Assembly: GCF_028641065.1 (NCBI RefSeq)
Contig: NC_073380.1
Location: 79,484,001 to 79,548,000, forward strand
DNA: 64,000 nucleotides
From: Leucoraja erinacea
Lineage: Eukaryota
Reading direction: 5' to 3'
Shown here in pieces: positions 1 to 13,346 of the stretch. The translations under genes were made by a program, and so were the position numbers. Position 1 is the stretch's first letter, and each line of letters opens with the position of its first letter. The notes below the pieces were generated by a model. It was not told where the DNA came from. It saw only the letters and a program-made list of their open reading frames with translations, and made no database searches.

Positions 1-117
1 ATAAGGTGAAAGTTGACTGAAGTATTCATGAAGGAGAAGTAGAGACACCAGAGGCTGCAGATACCGGAATCTGGAGCAACCTGCGGGACTCAGTTTATTA
101 ACATTTAGCATCGATAA

Positions 118-297
118 GATCATAAGTTCTAGGGGCAGAATTAGGCCATTCTGGCCTCCATTCTCACTTGGCCTCCACAGCCGCCTGTGGCAATGAATTC
201 CACAGATTCACCACCCTCTGACTAAAGAAATTCCTCCTCATCTCCTTCCGACAGGAACGTCCTTTAATTCTGAGGCTATGACCTCTGGTCCTGGACA
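118..297 (-). mobile_element. CR1 LINE 3' fragment; appears to continue at about 3693-3770 beyond the Rex element
   Basis: Resembles the other CR1 3' ends in the window (gaattccacagattcaccaccctctg...ctttaattctgaggctatgacctctggtcctggac). Boundaries approximate. Confidence 0.7.
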
Positions 298-299
298 TG

Positions 300-3200
300 G
301 GGCATTCACGAAGGCGTGGAGTTATGTAATGTAACAACAGCAGGGAAGAAGCTGTTCCTGAACCTGTTGGTCCGGCAACGGAGAGACCTGTAGCGCCTCC
401 CAGATGGGAGGAGGGTCAACAGTCTGTAGTTGGGGTGAGAGCAGTCCTTGACGATGCTGCGCGCCCTTCGCAGACATCGCTTGCTCTGAACAGACCCAAT
501 GGAGGGGAGTGAGGAACCGGTGATGAATTGGGCATTTTTCACCACCCTCTGCAGTGCTTTCCGGTCGGAGACAGAGCAGTTGCATACCATACTGTGATAC
601 AGTTGGTAAGGATGCTCTCGATGGTGCAGCGGTAGAGGTTCACCAGGATCTGAGGAGACAGATGGACCTTCTTTAGTCTCCTCAGGAAGAAGAGATGCTG
701 GTGAGCCTTCTTGACCAGTGTTGAGGTATTGTGGGTCCAAGAGAGGTCATCGGAGATGTTGACCCCCAGAAACCTGAAGCTAGAAACACGTTCCACCTCC
801 GTCCCGTTAATGTGGATGGGGGTGTGCGTGCCGCCTCTGGACTTCCTGAAGTCTACAATGAGCTCCTTGGTCTTCTTGGAGTTAAGGGCCAGGTTGTTGT
901 CAGCGCACCATGCTGCTAGGAACTGGACCTCCTCCCTATAGGCCGACCCATCTTTGTCGCTGATGAGGCCAATCACCGTTGTATCATCTGCATACTTGAT
1001 GATGGTGTTAGTACCATGTACAGGTGTGCAGACGTAGGTGAAGAGGGAGTAGAGGAGGGGGCTCAGCACACATCCCTGTGGAACGCCGGTGTTCAGGGTG
1101 AGTTTTGAGGAGGTCACATTGCCTAACCTTACAGACTGGGGTCTGTTGGTTAGAAAGTCCAATATCCAGTTGCAGAGGGAGGGTTCGATACCCAGGTTGT
1201 TGAGTTTGGTGATCAGTTTAGAGGGGATAATGGTGTTGAATGCTGAGCTAAAGTCGATGAACAGCATTCTCACGTAGGTGTCTCTGTTGTCGAAGGGGGA
1301 GAGGGCGGAGTGAAGTGCCGTGGAGATGGCATCCTCTGTACTCCTGTTCTTGCGGTAGGCAAACTGATAGGGATCCAGTGTGGGGGGTAGGCAGCTTTTG
1401 AGGTGTGCCAGGACCAGCCTCTCGAAGCACTTGGTGATGATGGGGGTAAGCGCAACTGGGCGGAAGTCGTTGAGGCTCGCCACAATGGAGTGTTTTGACA
1501 CCGGCATGATGGAGGTGGTTTTAAGGCACGTGGGGACAACTGCTTGGGCAAGTGACAGGTTGAAGATGTCAGTCCAGACGTCTGTCAGCTGCGCAGCACA
1601 GGCCCTGAGCACGCGCCCGGGGATGCCGTCAGGGCCAGCAGCCTTTTGTGCATTAATCCTGCTCAGTGCTGCATGCACATCGATGGGGGTGAGTGTGAGC
1701 GGTTGGTGATCAGCAGGGAGCACAGCCTTGATGGCCGTCTCTTGATTGTCCCTGTCAAAGCGGCCATAAAAATGGTTAAGCTCCTCAATGAAGGAGGCGT
1801 CACTGGATGTGGGGGTGGTGTTGGTGGGTCTGTAGTCCGTGATGGCCTGGATGCCTTGCCACAAGCGCCGGGGGTCGGAGTTGTTGTTGAAGTGCTCCTC
1901 AATCCTGAGCTTGTAGCTGTGCTTGGTCTTCTTGATGCCCCTCTTCAGGTTAGCCCTGGATGAACTGTTCATCCATGGCTTCTGATTCAGGAAGGTGGTA
2001 ATCCGTTTCGCGGAGGTGACACTGTTAATGGTGGAGTTGATAAAGTCCAAAACGGAGGAGGTATAAGAGTCAATGTCTGTGTGGGAGTCAAGGATGGCCT
2101 GAGCTGCAAACACATTCCAGTCAAAGCGCTGCTGAAGTGTGGAGTCCACTCACTCTGACCAAACTTTAAAGGGCCTGTCCCACTTACGTGTCCTTGGCTC
2201 GCAAATTACGCGACCTCGTGGTCACGTTGAGGTGCACGGTCATCGTATGACCACGTGGGGCAGGTCCCACTGAGAAGCGCGGAGGGGTATGTAGTTGTGT
2301 GCGACATTGCGCAGGGCTCAGAAATATTTGTAGCGAATGAAATCTTCACGCGCCAACGGCCTGTTGCGTAATTAATGGCAAAAGTGGGATAGGCCCAAGA
2401 CCCTGGCGTGACGCAACGTCTCACCTCCAACAGCAGCATTAGCAGTCAAACGATCGAAGATGGACACAAAATGCAGGAGTAACTTAGCGGGACTGGCAGC
2501 ATCTCTGGAGAGAAGCAATGGGTGACGTTTCAGGTCAAGACCCTTCTTTTCAGACTGAAGAAGAGTCTCGACACAAAACATCACCCATTGCTTCCCTCCA
2601 GAGATGCTGCCGGCCCCGCTGAGTTACTCCAGCTTTGTGTCCATCTTCAAATGACGTCACGCACTCCAGACGGCTGTGCGTACGCATTAAATCGCGCGCG
2701 ACCTTCACGGGACCATCACGGCTCATCGCGACCAATAGGTCGCGTGATTTGCGTGCCAAGGACACGTAAGTGGGATATGCCTTTAACTGTCCTCGCTGTG
2801 GGTTTAACACGTCTGATGAGTGGAGAGTATTTTGGGAGCAGGAACAATGAGAGTTGATCAGACTGTCCAAGGTGGGGAAGGGGGACGGCTTTGTTGGCTT
2901 CAGCCATGTTTGTGTAAACTTTGTCCAGTATCTTTTTTTCTCTAGTGACGAAGGAAACATGTTGGTGGAATTTGGGGAGCACAGTCTTCAAGTTGGAGTG
3001 ATTGAAGTCACCCGCAACAATGAAGGCTGCCTCGGGGTTGTGTTGCTAATGGCAGTATGCAGTTCTTTCATTGCAAGCTTAGCTTTAGCATCCGGAGGAA
3101 TATAGGCTGCAGTCACAACAGTGGAAGTAAACTTTCTGGGCAGATAGAATGGCCTGCATTTAACCCTGAGAAACTCTAGGTTAGCTGAGCAGTGACTCTC

Positions 3201-3692
3201 GATGATGGTGGTGTCCGTGCACCATGCTTTATTTACATAAATGCACAGACCCCCACCTCTGGTCTTACCGGAGTCTGTTGTCCTGTCCGCTCGGAGTAAA
3301 TGACGCCCTGTTAGCTCAATGGCGCTGTCAGGAACGTCAATGTTAAGCCATGTTTCTGTGAAGATCAAGATGCTGCAGTCCTTGATCCAGTTGTAGGAGG
3401 TAATCCGTAGCCGGAGTTCTTCCGTTTTGTTTGCCAGTGAGCGTACGTTGGCGAGAAGAAGGCTAGGAATCGCTAGCCTGTGTGGCATTAACTCTAACCT
3501 GGCCTTTAACCCACCTCGGCATTCACGGCGGTGTTTGCGTTTGCGTCGCCGTCTATGATCCGCTGCTCCACTCTTCTGGCTAGTTCAGGCGCGGGACGGA
3601 GTTTGCGCAAAAGGTTGTTGCAGCTGCAGGAACCGATGTTCAGAAGTTCCTGTCGGCTGTATGATAGGAACGCAAGACTGCAAGACGTTTCA
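300..3692 (-). mobile_element. Near full-length, disrupted Rex1/Babar-like non-LTR retrotransposon (APE endonuclease + RT)
   Basis: Basic leader followed by PSLLLANVRSL..IFTETWL (ORF 2988-3488). RT ORF 539-2149 has [31 protein letters not shown] and KYADD. C-terminus LLPSGRRYRS..RFRNSFFP (306-740). Frameshifted and interrupted by a MITE at 2170-2783. Confidence 0.9.
2170..2783. mobile_element. PIF/Harbinger-like MITE, copy 1
   Basis: Imperfect TIR of about 45 bp starting agggcctgtcccactt. TAA duplicated at 2167-2169 and 2784-2786. Removing the insert restores the LINE frame ARTVKVWSE. Confidence 0.85.
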
Positions 3693-4552
3693 ATAAGATC
3701 CCTCTCATCCTTCTATACTCCAGCAAACAGACGCCCAGTGCCGTCAAATACTCATCATATGTTAACCCACTCCTGGATCAGGAAAGGAATTGTCCTAAAA
3801 CTGTGCATTGACCTGAAATGTCAACAGTTCCTTCCCCCCCACAAATGCCGCTTGATCCATAGAGTTCCTCAAACAGATTGTTTGTTGCTCCTGATTAATC
3901 TTGTAAAACAAAATGCAATCAAGTGGATGTGCTTAGTAAAGATCTTTGAATTGAATACTAGCATAGAGAGTTCATTCAAGATCCCTCAAAGTGTTCTCAG
4001 CTCATTATGTCATCTTTGCAACTGCAAATTATGTTTCAATCTAGGGATGGAAGGCAAGTGCAAGATGTACTTTGAATGTTAGAGTAGATTGCCATACATA
4101 GATATGTTATTATTTGAAGCTGGTTTGGAGTAACAGAGTGCTATAGACTAAACCAGACCAAATTTACCAAGTTTGGAGTGGATCCCAATTTTAAAAATGC
4201 GCCATTCATGGTGCTAGAGTCAGTCTGTATCAACTCTAAAATGCATTCATGTTTTTTTAGGGAAATTTGAATGCCCCTAAGCATTATTAGAATTTTCAAA
4301 TGTTATCTCTTACTTGGTGAACATTCTCTTAAGTATTAGCCCATGGTAACAGATTCAGCACCGTCAGTTTTACAGAGACTAAGATATCAAATGAACACCT
4401 CTGCAGAAATAAAACTCTAATCACGTATTAAGACATCGTTTTCATATGACATATTAACAGCTACTTTACTAATACTGCTCCATGTGTAATGCGCCATTTT
4501 GCCTCAGCAGTTCAGAACATTATATGATAGCCATGCATATAAGCAGCATCAC

Positions 4553-4840
4553 GGTGGGCGGGCAGGGTGGCGCAGCTCCAGAGACCCGGGTTCGATCCCG
4601 ACTACGGGTGCTGTCTGGACAGAGTTTGTATGTTCTCCCCGTGACCGCGTGCGTTTTCTCCGAGATCTTTGGTTTACTCCCACATTCCAAAGACGTCCAG
4701 GTAGTTGGTTAATTGGCTCAGTATAAATGTAAATTGTCCCTACAGTGTGTAGGATAGCGTTAATGTGCGGGGATCGCTAGTTGGTGCGGATGCAGTGGGC
4801 CGAAGGGCCCGTTTCCGGGCTGTATCTCTAAACTAAACTA
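4553..4840 (+). mobile_element. tRNA-derived V-SINE (HE1-like) with CR1-type 3' tail
   Basis: A/B-box-like ggtggcgcag...gggttcgatccc, V-domain-like ttctccccgtgaccgcgtgcg...ctcccacattccaaagac, tail gggccgaagggcc...(taaac)n. Confidence 0.75.
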
Positions 4841-5277
4841 GTGTACATGGAAAGAACTGCCAGAGGAAGTTGGAGAAGAAGGCACGTTTACAACATTTAA
4901 AAGACACTTGGACAGGTACATGGATAGAAAAAGTTTGGAGGATGACAATCCAGGTGCAGGCAATCGGGAACAGCTGGGTTAGGCAACTTGGTGGGCTCAG
5001 ATGAGTCGGGCAGTATTGTCCCTTTCCACACTGTGTAGCTCTGACTGAATCATTTCACCAGTGTCCACTGCCAATCATTTCCAAATATTAGTTTACGACC
5101 GAGCATAATTCAGGTTCATAATCCAGCTTCTAAAAGAAAACAGCACGACTTACGGCTTCCCCCCAAACAAGCTGCTTAAAGCACAAATTCATTCGCTACT
5201 TCTAAATCGAAATTTGGTGCAGCTTATTCTGATCGGCATTATAGAAACTTTCCATCTTTTAGTAAGCACAAATCTTA

Positions 5278-5442
<165 letters not shown>

Positions 5443-5998
5443 TTAACGGAAGGGATCAATGCAATTGCTATTCTGATAATGTATCTATTAGACTTCGGGA
5501 TATTAACAATGACTAAATCACAGCTATTCTCCCATTTAGGAAAAGGATAGGATCCTGGAAGCAAAAATTAATCGAGCGTTACTTTGCAAGTCAGAAACGC
5601 TGTGCAAAGTGCAATCCCGGTATTTCAGTGTCATGTCATCCTATGGACAAAGTCTGTTGCTTTGTTAGATATCAAATAAAAACTAAATCGAAGATGTGGT
5701 CTCAAATAATCAATGGCATTAAGCTAAAATATTTGTAAACTAAATGTATGCATGTCTAGGCATACGAAGGAAATGTACATTTCTTCTGCACTATTCAAAA
5801 GGTAGTTACCAAAACATAAAACTTAGTTGAATGCAATTTAAGTGATCATCACCACTAATTACCATTCAGTTGCAACATTTCATCTGTTTACTCAGAAATA
5901 TAAAATGCATATTCATGCAGAAATGTATATTCACACAATTTTAAAGCCATTTCAAAACACCTTCTTGTGGTGCTGGTTCATGTGAGATTCATGTGAAA

Positions 5999-6905
5999 TT
6001 TACTCAGAGAGTGTGGAATGAGCTTCCAGTGAAGGTGGTGGAGGCAGGTTCGTTTTTATCATTTAAAAATAAATTGGATAGTTATAAGGATGGGAAGGGA
6101 ATGGAGGGTTATGGTCTGAGCGCAGGTATATGGGACTAGGGGAGATTATGTGTTCGGCAAGGACTAGAAGGGTCGATATGGCCTGTTTCCTTGGTGTAAT
6201 TGTTATATGTTTATATGGAGATTTGGTATTTCCTGATATCCAAATAAGGAATGGGGTCAAAAAGGCTTTTGGCACATTGGCCTTAATCAGTCAGAGTATT
6301 GAGTATAGAAGTTGGGAGGTCATGTTGCAGTTGTATAAGACATTGGTGAGGCCGCATTTGGAATATTGTGTTCAGTTCTGGTCACCAGGTTATAGGAAAT
6401 ATGCTGTCAAGCTGGAAGGGGTTCAGGGAAGATTTACAAAGGTGTTGCCAGGGCTCAAGGCGCTGAGCTATAGGGAGAGGTTGAGGAGGCTGGGACTCAG
6501 TTCCTTGCAGTACAGGAGGATGAGGGTGATCTTATAGAGGTGTATAAAATCATGAAAGGAATAGTTCAGGTAGATGTACAGAGTCTCTTGCCCAGAATAG
6601 GTGAATCGAGGACCAGAGGACATGGGTTTAATGTGAAGGGGAAAAGATTTAAGAAGAATCCAAGGGATAACTTTTCCACACAAATGATGGTGGGTGTATG
6701 GAACAAGCTGCCAGAGGACATAGTTGAGGCTGGGGCTATCCCAACATTTAAGACACAGTTAGACAGGTACATGGATTGGACAAGTTTGGAGGGATAGGGA
6801 CCAAACACAGGCAGGTCAGATTAGTGTAGCTAGAACATGTTGGCCAGTGTGGGCAAGTTTGGCTGAAGGGCCTGTTTCCACACTGTATCACTCAATGTCT
6901 ATGAC
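5999..6905 (+). mobile_element. Two adjacent CR1 3' fragments (about 5999-6215 and 6250-6905)
   Basis: ORFs 6130-6537 and 6540-6797: LYKTLVRPHLEYCVQFWSP, SRTRGH, VWNKLP. Confidence 0.88.
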
Positions 6906-7113
6906 TAAGTCTGAACAGCAAAAAAAGCACTATAAAAAACAAATTTTTTTTGGACTCAATTTGTACTCAAATCACTGCATCCAAAAGTGAAATTCCAATA
7001 TATTATTGGTAAAATGCAAGACGATGCATACTGTACATATTAACAGGTCTTGTGTTATATTAACAATTCTAACTTCAAAGGGAAGGTGATTAAAGTAAAG
7101 TACATGTGATTAA

Positions 7114-7807
7114 AGGGCCTGTCCCACTTACGTGACCTTGGCACGCAAATTACGCGACCTCGTCATCGCGTTGAGGCGCACGGGCATAGTATGGCCGCGC
7201 GGGGCAGGTCCCACTGAGAAGCGTGGAGGGGTATGTAGTTGTGCGCGGTATCGCGCCAGGCTCCGAAATGTTTGCAGCGAACAAAATCTTCACGCGCCAA
7301 CGGCCTGTCGCGTAACTGACGGCCAAAGTGGGACAGGCCCAAGACCCTGGCGCGACGCAACATCTCACCTCCAACAGTAGCAGAAGCAGGCAAACGATCG
7401 CCGAACTCGGCCTGGGGCTCACAGCCGTTGCGGTCCGGATCCGCCCCCACTTCTACTCCCAGAGCAGGGCCAAGAAAATTGAAGATAACACAAAATGCAG
7501 GAGTAACTCAGCGGGACCGGCAGCATCTCTGGAGAGAAGGAATAAATGACGTTTCGGGACAAGACCCTTCTTTCAGACTGAAGAAGAGTCTCGACCGGAA
7601 ACATCATTCATTTCTTCTCTCCAGTGATACTGCCGGTCCCGCTGAGTTACACCTGCATTTTGTGTCCATCTTCAAATGACGTCACGCACTCCAGACGTCT
7701 GTGCGAGCACATGATGACGCGAGCGACCTTCGCGGGAACGTCGCGGCTCAACAAGACGATGAGGTCGCGTAATTAGCGTGCCAAGGACACGTAGTGGGAT
7801 AGAGGCT
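7114..7807. mobile_element. PIF/Harbinger-like MITE, copy 2
   Basis: Same TIR and internal sequence as 2170-2783. TAA at 7111-7113 and 7808-7810. Confidence 0.85.
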
Positions 7808-7914
7808 TAACTCTGCAGTAATCAAATGGCAGCTCAATCATGCTAATCAAATGTAGATTTCCCCAACTAATTAACTTGATCACTGTCTAGTTTTGCATGT
7901 TGGATTATACATAC

Positions 7915-7975
7915 CCTGCTGGACAATCCATTGTTCTCAAATCTTCGCAATCTTCATTGACCCAGCGAATCTCAC
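7915..7975 (-). CDS. ENPP2: Autotaxin coding exon 5
   Basis: 61 nt, accag|...|gtatgt. Encodes (G)EIRWVNEDCEDLRTMDCPA(G), compare human [21 protein letters not shown]. Phases match both neighbours. Confidence 0.95.
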
Positions 7976-8927
7976 CTGGTGGGAAAGTTCATCATATGAC
8001 TGACAAAATATTGGATTATAGCATTAATATACACAACAGAAACTCATGTTTTAAAAAGTAAATTAATGATTGGTTTTGACTAGTTCCAGAGATTAAATGT
8101 CTACGTATTAATCAGATCTGCTAATTACTTTCCCAGACACAAAACAATGGTATATAATCTGCAAATATGTGCTTATGTAAGAACTTTCCTGAATTTGGTC
8201 AGAGCATTTTAAATGCTATTGATTTTTTAAATATTAAAAACAAAATGTGCATTTTGAAACATTTTTATTCTGTTGGGAAAAAAACTGCAAAGGAGCAATC
8301 ATAGTCAAAGCAAATACCAGGCACACCCAAATGCTCTGAAAGAACTTCCTTTCTATAGTAGGCCAGTAATATTCTGGCCACTACCACTTAGTTTTATAAG
8401 AATTATCAAACCCAGTTATTGAAGATTCTCGTTCATATTCAAAGGAATCCATTTACTTCCAAAGGATTCTGCTCTCATGAATAAAATCATCTATCGGCAG
8501 TAGTTTCCCTATTGCACACATTCAAAAACTAAATAACCCTACAAATGCAATAATGAATGAACACAGGAGGAAAAGCTTGCATTAAAATAGTGGACTTTAT
8601 CAGTTGGCAACCCACGGTTCAATCTTCTTGACTTTCTCAACTGCCAAAAGAAAGCAATTGGCAGGTAGAATTTACTGAAACTCAGAAATGAATTAGAGAG
8701 CTTTTATTTTCGAAGATAGACACAAAATGTTGGAGTAACTCAGCCGGACAGGCAGCATCTCTGGAGAGAAGGAACGGGTGATGATTCGGGTCAAGACCTT
8801 TCTTTCCCTCCATTAAAATTTGGAACAGGAAATCGGGAGGTACTGACCTTGACAATCTATGCTCACAAAAAACAGGGCTCATACCACATTTAGCTTCTTG
8901 CGAGGATAGTAAAAATCTTGAGATTAC

Positions 8928-9053
8928 CTTTGCAAGTGACTTTATAGTTAGTGCAGCAATCTCCCCTGCTCATGCAATCTTCAGAACACTGGCAAACAAA
9001 ATCTTCATTCCGGGCTTCCCCGCACCGTTCTTTGCTACATTCCCATCCACGAC
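8928..9053 (-). CDS. ENPP2: Autotaxin coding exon 4 (somatomedin-B domain 2)
   Basis: 126 nt, tttcag|...|gtaatc. Encodes (G)[41 protein letters not shown]; 8 Cys and the RGD motif retained. Confidence 0.97.
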
Positions 9054-9573
9054 CTGAAACACGTGGCAATCGCTGCATCATTAAAATATTCACCAGCCAC
9101 CCAAATATTCAGAGATGTTCCTAATTACAATCATCACTTCTCCCATCTTTGAATTGTTTTTTTCATATTTTTGATTAATATATTGCACAAATCAACACAG
9201 AATTCATTTTGATAATCATTATTACTGCATTTCCACCTGTTACGCACAACACAAGTTTTATAAGATGTCTAGTCACACATTGGTGCCAAGATAGCCACCC
9301 TTAGTCAGCATTGTTAAATACAAAATAAGATAAGCTGCATTGTTGCATCCTACTTTTAAAATGTGATTCTATTGCAATCGATAGATCCAAACTTTAGAAC
9401 ACCAGATTAAAGAAAGATGATAAGTAATTGCAATCTTTCATGTATATTGTTGTTATTCTTAAGCACAAAAGGTAAATACACACTTTCAGGATGTGTAGTG
9501 ATCGCTATGATTTCGGAAACTCAACAATCAAATTAAACACAACACCCACAAGCTGCAATGAATTAACAGCTGT

Positions 9574-9728
9574 GCAAGAAGGAACTGCAGATGCTGTTTT
9601 ACACTAAAGATACACTACATGCTGGAGGAACTCAGAGGGTCAGGCAGCATCTCTGGAGAAAAGTCTGATGAAGGGTCTCGACCCAAAACGTCACCCATTC
9701 CTTTTCTCCAGAGATGCTTCCTGACCCG
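9574..9728. mobile_element. Penelope-derived partial palindrome with hammerhead-like core
   Basis: 16-bp TSD atgaattaacagctgt (9558-9573 and 9729-9744). Contains ctgatgaagggtctcgacccaaaacgtc and inverted gcatctctggaga arms. Confidence 0.8.
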
Positions 9729-9974
9729 ATGAATTAACAGCTGTTTTACTGATGGCAATTAAATTGTCTGATGGGATCTCTTCCATCAAACAAACACCTC
9801 TGAAAGGCAAACTCTTCTGATGAAATCACACATTGTCCATTTGCATTGGAATGTTAGCCTTGTTTTTTGGGGCGCAGGGAACGCCTCTGTGCCCCATCTA
9901 AGCCCTTGCACGATTTGTTAATGTGACCAGGAAAGTCTTCTCAATCTATATGCAGATGGCCCTAATGGAGAAGG

Positions 9975-12720
9975 GAATCTGTGGAATTCTCTGCCTCAGA
10001 AGGCAATGGAGGCCTATTCTCTGGATGCTTTCAAGAGAGAGTTAAATAGAGCTCTTAAAGATAGCAGAGTCAATAGATATGGGGAGAAGGCAGGAACGGG
10101 GTACTGATTGGGGATGGTCAGCCATGATCACAGTGAATGGCGATGCTGGCTCGAAGGGCCGAATGGCCTACTCCTGCACATTTTGTCTATTGACTCCCTC
10201 TTGGGAAATGAGTTTGGGCAAGTGACTTAAGTGGGGAGCACTTTGGAAAAAGTGACCATAATTCTATCAGCATTAATAGTTATGGAAAAAGAAATGACTG
10301 GACCGCTAATTTCAGTCCTAAATTGGGACAAGGCTAATTCTGATGGCATTAGACTAAAACTTGCAAAGGTTGAATGGGGAAGGCCTTTGGCGGATAAAGA
10401 GATGTCTGCCAACTGGGAGGTTTTTAAAAGTGAGATTGGGAGAGTTCATGGCCAGTACATCCCTAACAGAGTGAGGGGTAAGGTTGGCAGGATTAGGAAA
10501 CCTTGGCTGTTGACGGATATTGAGGCTGAAGTCAGAAAAAAGAGGCATATGGAATGGTATAGCAGCTGGCATCAAGTGAAGCCCTTGAGGAGCATAAAGG
10601 ATGTAGGAGCATTCTTTAAGAGAATCAAAAAGGGGACACGAGAAGATGACATCAAGGAGCAGAGAATAGGGGTACATGTAGATAGAAAGTGGCAACAGAA
10701 GGGGTAGATCAATGGTGAAATGTTTAAGAAGGAACTGCAGATGCTGGAAAATCGAAGGTAGACAAAAATGCTGGAGAATCTCAGCGGGTGCAGCAGCAAT
10801 GGTGAAGATGGATTATGGTATGCTTGCCTTCATTGGATTTGGCATTGTGTGCTGGAGTTGGGATATCATCTTACATGTGTATAAAACATTGTTGAGACTG
10901 CATATGGAATATTGCGTGTAGTACTCATCATCATGACAGAGGAGGGCTGAAATTAAATTTGAGAGAGTGCAGAAAAGATTCACAAGCAAGTTGCCAGGAC
11001 AGGAGGACATAGAGCTGAGGAGAGACCGGATAGGAACATAGATAGAAACATAGAAAATAGGTGCAGGAGTAGGCTATTTGGCCCTTCAAGCCAGCACTGC
11101 CATTCAATGTGATCATGGCCGATCAACCACAATCATTATCCCATTCCTGCCTTCTCCCCATATCCCGTGCTTCCTCTAGTCCTAAGAGCTCTCTTTTGAA
11201 TGCATCCAGTGAATCGGTCTCCACTGCCTTCTGAGTCAGCAGGGCATTCCACAAATTCACAACTCTCTGGGTGAAAACCTTTTTCCTCATCTCAGTTCTA
11301 AATGGCCTACCCCTTATTCTTAAACTGTGGCCCCTGGTTCTGGACTCAACCAACATCGAGAACGTTTCCTGCTCCTAGCTTGTTCAATCCCCTAAAAATC
11401 TTATATGTTTCTATAAGATTCCCTCTCATCCTTCTAAATTCCAGTGAGTACAAACCCAGTCATCCATTCTGTTATCATATGACAGTCCCGCCATCCCGGG
11501 AATTAACCTGGTGAACCTACGTTGCACTCCCTCAATAGCAAGAATGTCCTTCATCAGATTAGGAGACCAAAACTGCACACATTACTCCAGGTGTGATCTC
11601 ACCATGGCCCTGTACAACTGCAGAAGGATCTCTTTGCTCCAATACTCAAATCCTCTCGTTATGAAGGCCAACATGCCATTCACTTTCTTCACTGCCTGCT
11701 GTAACTGCATGCTTACTTTCAGTGACTGGTGTACAAAGACACCCAGTCTTGTTGCACTTCCCCTTTTCCTCATCTGACACCATTCAGATAATAATCTGCC
11801 TTTGTGTTCTTGCCACCAAAATGGATAACCTCACATTTATCTACATTAAACTGCATCTGCCATGCATCTGCCCACTCACCCAACCTATCCAAGTCACCCT
11901 GCATCCCCATAGCATCCTTTTCACGGTTCACACTGCCACCCAGCTTTGTGTCATCTGCAAATTTGCTCATGTTACTTTTAATTCCTTCATCTAAATCATT
12001 AATATATATTGTAAATGACTGGGGTCCAAGCACCGAGCCTTGCGGTACCCCACTAGTCACAGTCTGCCATTCTGAAACGGACCCGTTAATTCCTACTCAT
12101 TGTTTCCTGTCTGCCAACCAATTTTCTATCCATGTCATTACCCGACCCCCAATACCATGTGCTCTAATTTTGCCCACTATTCTCCTGTGTGGGACCTTAC
12201 CAAAGGCTTTCTGAAAGTCCAGATACACCACATCCACTGGCTCTCCCTTATCCATTTTACTTGTTACATCCTCAAAAAATTCCAGAAGATTAGTCAGGCT
12301 AATCTGGCTGGGGTTCCCCCCTCTGAGTGTAGGATGCTGAGGGATGACCTGATTGAGGTATATAAAATCATGAGGGGCATCGATGAGATGCATGGTCAGT
12401 CTTTTTCCCCCAAGAGTGAGGAGACGGAAACTAGAGAGTATATGTTTAAGGTTAGAGAAGAAATACTTTAAAAGTGGACCTGAAAAGCATGTTTTTTTAC
12501 ACAGAAGGCAGTACAGTAGATAGGATTAGCTGGCAGAGGAAATAAAAAGGTTTGGAAGAATTGCAATGTTTACAAGACATCTGTACATGTTCATAAGTAG
12601 GAAAGATTTAAAGATACATGGGCCAAATATGCAGGCTAAAGGGACTAGCTCAGAAAAGCACCTTGGTCAGTAGGAATGACTCGAGACAAACGGCCTGTTT
12701 CTGTGCTGTATAAATCTAAG
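9975..12720. mobile_element. Cluster of CR1 fragments: + at about 9975-11030, - at about 11035-12296, + at about 12315-12720
   Basis: Minus-strand RT motifs VYLDFQKAF, GVPQGSVLGP, KFADD and a (catagaaa)n-type tail near 11035-11058. Flanking plus-strand pieces are more decayed. Confidence 0.85.
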
Positions 12721-13140
12721 ACACAACGACAGGTCATTGGATTGCAAATTGTAATTACAACCTGCTAACTCAAAGGCTGGAATTCTACCAAATGGACCAA
12801 CTTATATTGAAGTGTTTCAGCTACTGGCCAAGAAGGGTAATCTTATCAAGAAGTATTTAAGTGTTCATAATGGGGAAGTGAGAACAACAAGTTACCCAAT
12901 TTTCAAACAATGGCACAAAAAAAAAAAGTTTTTTTAAATTGACAGTGTGAATACAGAAAAGTCCTTGTTCTTTGCTGGCCTTGGATTTTTATCTCACGGA
13001 GATGAGAATATGGTCCATTTATACAACAAGCGCATGTGATTGGGAACTCAGTTTCCCTGGACCAGGTCCACCATTTTATCCCAGCAGAGGGATTTGCATT
13101 CCACATCAGTTCATTTCATACCATTACATCCTATTGGGGG

Positions 13141-13346
13141 TAGACACAAAATGCTGGAGTACCTCAGCGCGACAGGCAGGATCTCTGGAGACAAAGAATG
13201 GGTGATGTTTCGGATCCAGACCATTCGTCAGTCTGACTCGAAACGTCACCCATTCCTTCTCTCCAGAGATGCTGCCTGTCCCGCTGAGTTACTCCAGCAT
13301 TTTGTGTCTATCTTCGGTTTAAACCAGCATCTGCAGTTCCTTCCTA
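13141..13346. mobile_element. Penelope-derived palindrome
   Basis: Inverted arms agacacaaaatgctggagta / tactccagcattttgtgtct. Flanked by an acatcc(t/a)attgggg duplication. Confidence 0.8.

Noticed and set aside
3531-4082. 183-aa plus-strand ORF
   Set aside because: Antisense to the Rex leader, runs through other repeat fragments, no recognisable domain.
12097-12471. Overlapping ORFs suggesting one inverted (twin-primed) CR1
   Set aside because: Chimeric read-through across two oppositely oriented fragments that look different in age and subfamily.
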